Source of the DNA: Collinsella sp.
Lineage (GTDB): Bacteria; Actinomycetota; Coriobacteriia; Coriobacteriales; Coriobacteriaceae
Reading direction: 5' to 3'
Length of the DNA: 64,000 bases
Assembly (NCBI GenBank): GCA_048368115.1
Contig: DBGBZQ010000071.1
Coordinates: 1,138-65,137 of the forward strand
Shown here: piece after piece, positions 60,101 through 64,000 of the stretch
Layout: the number at the start of each line of letters is the position of its first letter
How positions within the stretch are numbered: the first letter of the stretch is position 1
The notes under the pieces: model-generated
What the model saw: only the letters and a program-made list of their open reading frames with translations
Told to the model about the DNA's origin: nothing
Databases searched by the model: none
Position numbers and translations under genes: made by a program

Positions 60101-63100
60101 CGTTCACGCTGACCGCCACGGAAGAGACGCAGCAGAAGATCGCCGCCGGCGACTTGGATGTGTCGGACGACCTGGCGGGCGACGCGCACGCGGAGTCCAA
60201 GGCCACGAAGGACAAGATTATCAAGGACAAGGGCCAGACGGTCGACTTCTCGTATATGACGTTCAACAAGGCAGGCGAGTACACGTTCACGCTCACCGAG
60301 GTACACAACGCTGATGATGATCCCGCGGTGGACGGCGTGCAGAACGCCGGCTGGACGATGGACGATTCCATCTACACCGTCACGGTGAAGGTTGAGGACA
60401 AGAATGCCATGCTGACTGTCACAGGCGTGACGGTGGAGAAGGACGGCGATGACAAGAGCGAGACGCTTGAGGTCAAGAACGGCGAGGTGAACCTCGCCAC
60501 CTTCAACAACAGCTATGCTGCGAAGGGTTCCGTGACCCTGGCGGCGAAGAAGCAATTTACGGGCGGCACCCTTGAGAACCAGCAGTTCTCATTCCAGGTG
60601 AAGGAGGGCGATAAGGTTGTCGCCGAAGAAAAGAACGATGCCAACGGCAACATCACCTTCCCGGCCATTGATTACACCGAGGCTGGTGAGCACGACTACA
60701 CCATCAAGGAGGTCGAAGGCGCCGACCCGACTATCGTTTACGACGGCAAGACGGTGAGCGTGCACGTTAGGGTCACCGATAACAAGAACGGCACGCTGAG
60801 CGCGACCGCCACCTACGACGGCAAGGCCGACGTGCCGACCTTCACCAACTCGAAGCCGACGGCCGACGCCGCCATCGAGGCGACGAAGACCCTCACGGGC
60901 AAGAAACTGACGGACGGTGCGTTCACCTTCGGCCTGTACGACCAGGCTGGCAACGAGGTCGCCAAGGGCACCAACGACCGGGGCGGCAAGGTCGAGCTGG
61001 CCGTCAAGAACCTGAACCTGGGCGAGTACGACTACACGCTCAAGGAGGAGAAAGCCGGCCAGACCGTCGACGGCGTGGCCTACGACGCCAAGGAAGTCAA
61101 GGTCCACGTCAAGGTAGAGCAGAACCAGGGCGACAACAACAAGACGAAGGTGACCGTCACCTATGACGGTGCCGCTACGGCTCCCACCTTCAACAACACC
61201 TACGACGCAAAGGGTTCCGTAACCCTGACGGCGACCAAGACCATCAAGGTTGCGGACGGCTTCGACCACACGACGAAGCCCGCGGACGGCGAGTTCACCT
61301 TCGACCTGAAGGACGCTGCCGGCAACGTGCTCGACACCGCGAAGAACGATGCAAACGGCAAGGTCAGCTTCACGCGCGAGTTCCAGCTCTCCGACTTGGA
61401 CGGCGCCGCGAGCAAGGACTTCACCTACACCATCGTGGAGCAGCCGGGCGCGGAGCCGGGCATGGTCTATGACAGCCATCCCCTCACCTATACGGTGACG
61501 GTCACGGACGGCGGGAACGGAGCACTGAATGCGAAGGCGATCGTGACGAGCGCATCCGGCTCGGATACCTTCACCAACACCTACCAGCCGGCCGCGACCG
61601 GCCTGGCCCTCGGTGCGCAGAAGAGCTATGTGAAGAAGGACGACAACACGCCGATCGTCCCCAAGTGCGGCGAGTTCACCTTCGATGTGTACGAGGGCAA
61701 CCTGACGGCTGAGCAGCTTGCCGGGGCCAAGCCCGTCCGGACCGCGACCAACGGCGCGGACGGAAGTGTTAACTTCGACGCCTTCTCCTACGCGAAGCCG
61801 GGCACGTACGAGTACACTATCGTGGAGCGGAAGGGTGATCTGGCCTACGTGACCTACGACGACGCGGTGCATCATGCCGTGGTGACGGTTGTGGACAATG
61901 CCGGCACGCTGCAGGCGAGCGTCGCCTACGACGGCGCGGACGCCACGAAGCCCACCTTCACCAACACCTACAAGGCGAAGGCGACGAACTCCGGCGCGAT
62001 CGCCCTCACCAAGAGCGTTGACGTGCACGACGGCAGCTATCAGCTAAAGGCGGGAGACTTCGCCTTCGAGCTGGTGGGGTCTGACGGTACGGTGCTCCAG
62101 ACCCAGAAGAACGACGCCAAGGGCAAGGTTTACTTTAACGAGCTGACCTTCGACCATGCGGGCACCTTTCCCTTCACGGTCCGTGAGGTGCAGCCGACGG
62201 ACGGCGCGCCGGGCGTGCCGGGCGTGACCTACACCGGCAAGACGTACACCCTGACCTACGTGGTGAAGGACAACAACGACGGCAAGCTGGTGGTAGAGAG
62301 CTCTACGGTGAAACCGAGCGAGGGCACCGAGAACGGCGTCACCCCCAATACCATGACGTTTGCGAACAGCTACCAGCCGGGTCAGACCTCCTACCAGATC
62401 TCTGGCACCAAGGTGCTTGAGAATGCCGACCCGGCCACCACGCGGACGCCCGCCGATGGCGAGTTCACATTCGCGCTGATTGACGTGGCCACCGGGCAGG
62501 AGATCGACCGGACCACGAACGTGGGTAAAGCGTTTACCTTCAAGGCCATCTCGTACACCGCAACTGGTTCGCATGCGTACCAGGTGAAGGAGGTTGCGGG
62601 CCAAGATGGCACCATCACTTACAGCGATGCGGTGCTGGACGTAACGGTGAACGTGACCGATGACGGCAGCGGCCAGCTGACCGCGACGGCGAACAAGACG
62701 GCTGCGGATCTGACCTTCACCAACACCTACACGCCGACGGCAACGACGGCGACGATTACCGGAACGAAGGCTCTGACCGGCCGCGACCTGGCCGAGGGTG
62801 AGTTCTTCTTCGACCTGAAGGACGCCGACGGTAACGTGGTGCAGACGGTGCAGAACGGCGCCGACGGCACGTTCGGCTTCGCGCCGCTGCAGCTGGACAA
62901 GGTGGGGACGTACGTCTACACCGTGTCCGAGCGGGCAGGGGCGACGGCGAACGGCGTCACCTACGACACGACGGTCTTTACCGCGACGGTGACGGTGACG
63001 GAGAATGCGGAGACGCACGCGCTGGAGGCGCAGGTTGCCTACAGCAAGGGCGGCAAGGCTGCGGATGCGGTGGCGTTCAGCAACAGTTACGCGCCGGCCG

Positions 63101-63624
63101 CGACTGAGGTGAAGCTGGGGGCCTCCAAGGTGCTGAGCGGCGAGGACCTGAAGGAAGGGCAGTTCTCCTTCCAGCTGAAGGATGCCGACGGCAAGGTGCT
63201 GCAGACCGCAAAGAACGCGGCGGACGGCACGGTGGGCTTCGAGGCGATCTCGTACGACAAGCCCGGAACGTACGCCTACAGCATCTCCGAGGTGGACGAC
63301 GGTCAGAAGAACGTGACGTACGACGCGGCCGAGCACCGGGTAACGGTGACGGTGACGGACGACGGTGCGGGCCATCTGGTGGCGACGGTAACCTATGACG
63401 GCGCCGTGGCGCCGGTGTTCAAGAACACGTACACGCCGCCGACCACCCCGCCGACGGAGCCGCCCACCAATCCGCCGAGCAAGTCACCGGTGCCGAAGGA
63501 GGAGAAGCCGGGTCTGCCGTATACGGGCGATACCAGCTTGTCGCCGATGGCCCTGGGTGGCATCGCGGGCGGCGCGGTGGTGCTGATCGCCGCAGGCGTT
63601 ATCCTGCGGCGCCGGAACCGGTAG
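54175..63624 (+). CDS. Giant sortase-anchored adhesin-like protein (~3149 aa) with fibro-slime/PA14-like, SpaA-like and many FctA/Spy0128-like domains, and LPYTG
   Basis: FEFAGDDDVWVFID and FFYLERG; GAKFGLY...YYLKE..APSGF; repeated K.L.G..L..GEF.F.L...GTY.Y.I.E...YD...F.NTY; LPYTG + TM + RRRNR; GGGAGG RBS. Confidence 0.88.
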   Translation: MQELREATSLLMNMVTGGGCPSRELLGGHRPRERWSVMSCGRRRGLCPVSPYAIVLALAIALTASFFLPLRAEAVISDHTVPTISPSGTTINLFDYWVNPDDHLSVSGNGGINANHLFQFKDQGASEDLNKYTGGSQVRTGIVNNVLAGGYPRLTDRWKGESLGYLFDSSVHTGKISHMGVTGLLRVKGGYYEYDSSQNYAAYNANKNAFDVYNAAGVKQAGSGPQTVGQFFPFDAADEVFKEEDGKLVPNGITSQNVADPQYNGNKPLNHYFGLSMSTRFVQPKDGKTNAGKPMTFEFAGDDDVWVFIDDVLVGDIGGIHASAKLTIDFQTGEIKVNDSLDGTLLNKFQEAKQDTTKGFKGYTFADGTNHTLKFFYLERGATDSNMKLKYNLVTVPESDIIKFDQDGKFVQGAKFQLYKTDKDFKNELEPLGSGTTDEAGHLTLTNDDDNGVINFDDLYNKDHSNKYYLLKETHVPEGYRSSLTATGGSMQLEYVPASAGNGAGGVIINRGGMDADSVVWKTGAFAGAKETITAPSTVYQANNDLTKVSLDSGILFAVVLKRDKNANADIKDQNNWYAVSGDPSTGMGYTLAGKPSKAGAIEAAKKDLHAFTLNTSGQYQVEIQNLPGDISKYYYLLSGDARKDAEYTVAIYYTAASSIAEADMDNTVHVFSDDLPDGKENFRRQFATRLLVSNIQNRLFVQKTDTAGKPVEGAKFGLYTADQVTTEANGKVVLKGEQTPYDTLTTGSVGNPVLLEGAGIFPNTSKEHKPLTKRTYYLKEISAPSGFLLNDTLTKVIVDDYGVHADAGTRDDGVSTFVGPGTLMKSLSQFGAEGDIDNTLTWIKGVRQTSNGVTDTDGNLSWSNVDPAGAGDTVHLKYGANGRVYQYGPTEEGKPYRLETETGWIRMGITQDEQPKGTKSKGARADLRDMNNLNALFTGATCVRVANKREASLEVTKKVDVPDGLTGNKDAEFTFKFTVPKGKTYKAAVFEKAGAADEKQVGDMFDLTNGREQTITAGQTIRVYGLAEGDKYTVQELTRAGKMPAGFTLTKREQGGNALGGEGDSISGTIAKQNADGTLAEANKLVFTNTYSVKSPVTLTNAFWAQKVLQGRDWKDGDSFKIYLRADKGTPMPDGAENAPVSGMKQVVKTVENGDKFDFGEIEYTKPGTYTYLIAEATPSQNDASWLPGFGYSSASYRVTVTVKDSGDGTLSQPAVKMEQTYTDDGVSHEDSPIEVADKIAKITNAYNTDEETISFNVQKTYADQSGANPLVKDKFTFQLEALGGMKNDAVPSGAIDFGKLATSYSVGASKVPMPKGCTSTTTTAKNDDDGIAAFPQITYTMESENLTYVYKVTEVKDSDTSTSSGMGYDDTVYYVLVKNQQVDNESGTGKCLSSTVTYWKADGTQLTDANGYIPFKNTYTVAQAMSAPVTVQKTLAGRAWEQDDKFDFTLTPADDATMKAVKNKVVTQKKAADSDETGDLTTKVEIAGPGDAMRTTPFGTGDLVFTKPGVYTFKVNETRPTDADKTGISYDGHTSTVTYTVTDIENGTHTGKLTASVAYDNKQATTDADRQVTGAAAFTNTYTASGIYAGIDVTKTLVGTPLGNGMFPFTIEAMTYNGTKAPEPADTDKSFTNTVGKDDGDDTQTATMSGKLKMNFTQLSYNKMYVYKVSEVHGANADGYTYDTEYPGDAYVLIAVKPNPDNKGQLYTETTIVKGPDVTALVGENDNVDALTAEAIKGLDTTTNYVQTVSSRDAKPATPIVPFKNEYKVETVEYGAKAGLQIEKKFTGTGDVSSTFSFTVTPEDYQAEGLDGTKFILTSADAAAKKLGITGGTKTVKIPEMKLGDTKTVSLLPKGLQFTHDDVNNEYGANVYQYRVEENVPKSVPAGYTYDKAAYTIEIAVFDNGDGTLKIETTVLNSDGEKVDYREFAPNGTLEGNTATIPFKNSYKTTVSDKLTPQVTKKISGVASTEKAFSFTLTATEETQQKIAAGDLDVSDDLAGDAHAESKATKDKIIKDKGQTVDFSYMTFNKAGEYTFTLTEVHNADDDPAVDGVQNAGWTMDDSIYTVTVKVEDKNAMLTVTGVTVEKDGDDKSETLEVKNGEVNLATFNNSYAAKGSVTLAAKKQFTGGTLENQQFSFQVKEGDKVVAEEKNDANGNITFPAIDYTEAGEHDYTIKEVEGADPTIVYDGKTVSVHVRVTDNKNGTLSATATYDGKADVPTFTNSKPTADAAIEATKTLTGKKLTDGAFTFGLYDQAGNEVAKGTNDRGGKVELAVKNLNLGEYDYTLKEEKAGQTVDGVAYDAKEVKVHVKVEQNQGDNNKTKVTVTYDGAATAPTFNNTYDAKGSVTLTATKTIKVADGFDHTTKPADGEFTFDLKDAAGNVLDTAKNDANGKVSFTREFQLSDLDGAASKDFTYTIVEQPGAEPGMVYDSHPLTYTVTVTDGGNGALNAKAIVTSASGSDTFTNTYQPAATGLALGAQKSYVKKDDNTPIVPKCGEFTFDVYEGNLTAEQLAGAKPVRTATNGADGSVNFDAFSYAKPGTYEYTIVERKGDLAYVTYDDAVHHAVVTVVDNAGTLQASVAYDGADATKPTFTNTYKAKATNSGAIALTKSVDVHDGSYQLKAGDFAFELVGSDGTVLQTQKNDAKGKVYFNELTFDHAGTFPFTVREVQPTDGAPGVPGVTYTGKTYTLTYVVKDNNDGKLVVESSTVKPSEGTENGVTPNTMTFANSYQPGQTSYQISGTKVLENADPATTRTPADGEFTFALIDVATGQEIDRTTNVGKAFTFKAISYTATGSHAYQVKEVAGQDGTITYSDAVLDVTVNVTDDGSGQLTATANKTAADLTFTNTYTPTATTATITGTKALTGRDLAEGEFFFDLKDADGNVVQTVQNGADGTFGFAPLQLDKVGTYVYTVSERAGATANGVTYDTTVFTATVTVTENAETHALEAQVAYSKGGKAADAVAFSNSYAPAATEVKLGASKVLSGEDLKEGQFSFQLKDADGKVLQTAKNAADGTVGFEAISYDKPGTYAYSISEVDDGQKNVTYDAAEHRVTVTVTDDGAGHLVATVTYDGAVAPVFKNTYTPPTTPPTEPPTNPPSKSPVPKEEKPGLPYTGDTSLSPMALGGIAGGAVVLIAAGVILRRRNR
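54223..54231 (+). repeat. G9 homopolymer in codons 17-19 of the giant adhesin
   Basis: ACC GGG GGG GGG TGT, currently in frame. Confidence 0.85.
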
Positions 63625-63652
63625 CTACGGCGGCCGAGAAGGGCTTTGATTG

Positions 63653-63691
63653 AGGGCGGGTGGTCGCAGGGCGCGGCCGCTCGCCCTTTTT
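63653..63691 (+). terminator. Intrinsic terminator
   Basis: AGGGCGGGTGGTCGC-loop-GCGGCCGCTCGCCCTTTTT. Confidence 0.7.
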
Positions 63692-63698
63692 GGTGAAA

Positions 63699-63928
63699 GG
63701 CTATGTTAACCCGCCGTTTGCACGTCCGGCTCCAGATGGAACTCGTACTCCGGCTCCATCATCTTCTTCCGGATCTTTTCGTAGCGCCCGTCGTCGAGCT
63801 GCTCGCGCATGAGCGACGTCCTGTCCCCGACGCGTGCGGCCTCGCGCAGCCATCTGAACCACATCAGGCAGCTGTGGAGCCTGCGGGTCGATACGCCCTT
63901 GAACCTCTCGAGGAAGTGGCCGAGCGAA
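63699..63928 (-). mobile_element. IS1595-family transposase 3' remnant and probable right end
   Basis: Manual translation LGHFLERFKGVSTRRLHSCLMWFRW...QTAG* (stop at 63706-63708) matches the IS1595 C-terminal F.GVS...L...L..F pattern; the end reads GGCTATGTT. Confidence 0.65.
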
Positions 63929-64000
63929 CCCTGCGCTTCAGCATCCTCTGGACCGTGTCCCGCTCGTACCCGGTGAGCCTGCCGTGGGTCCTCGGGACCG
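63929..64000 (-). mobile_element. Truncated IS30-family transposase 5' fragment
   Basis: 65 of 72 bases match window positions 278-349 by manual alignment. Confidence 0.8.

Noticed and set aside
11900..63375. Long antisense ORFs (e.g. 11900-13711, 15593-17809, 57754-60555; also 2228-4327)
   Set aside because: They are shadow frames of real high-GC genes on the opposite strand.
1..64000. Composite transposon between the two IS30 pieces
   Set aside because: The copies are only ~90% identical, one is truncated, and the interval holds core genes (ffs, tex, rlmKL, tal).

Overview
High-GC chromosomal window, most likely from a gut coriobacterium such as Collinsella (inferred from gene content and LAxTG/LPxTG surface proteins; not verified). 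It is mostly housekeeping and transport genes: SRP RNA, two heterodimeric ABC exporters, an LTA synthase-like sulfatase, kup with kdpD/kdpE, rlmKL, transaldolase, tex, an SDR-MFS-Gfo/Idh cluster with LysR, a GGDEF protein, pyridoxal kinase, RpiR-GH4-PTS and an amino-acid ABC transporter with an M20 peptidase. There are three sortase-anchored surface-protein genes: one frameshifted, one of 1362 aa and one of about 3150 aa with a G9 tract. IS30 and IS1595 pieces sit at the window edges. The most unusual signal is non-coding. The 1362-aa gene is bracketed by a mirror-image pair of modules, each made of a ~140-nt hairpin element (with compensatory base changes between the two copies) and a 62-bp-period array of 14-bp inverted repeats with variable 16/18-nt spacers. 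Several other interspersed palindrome families occur in the intergenic DNA. No CRISPR-Cas, rRNA or tRNA was seen. All protein calls come from motif reading, not database searches.
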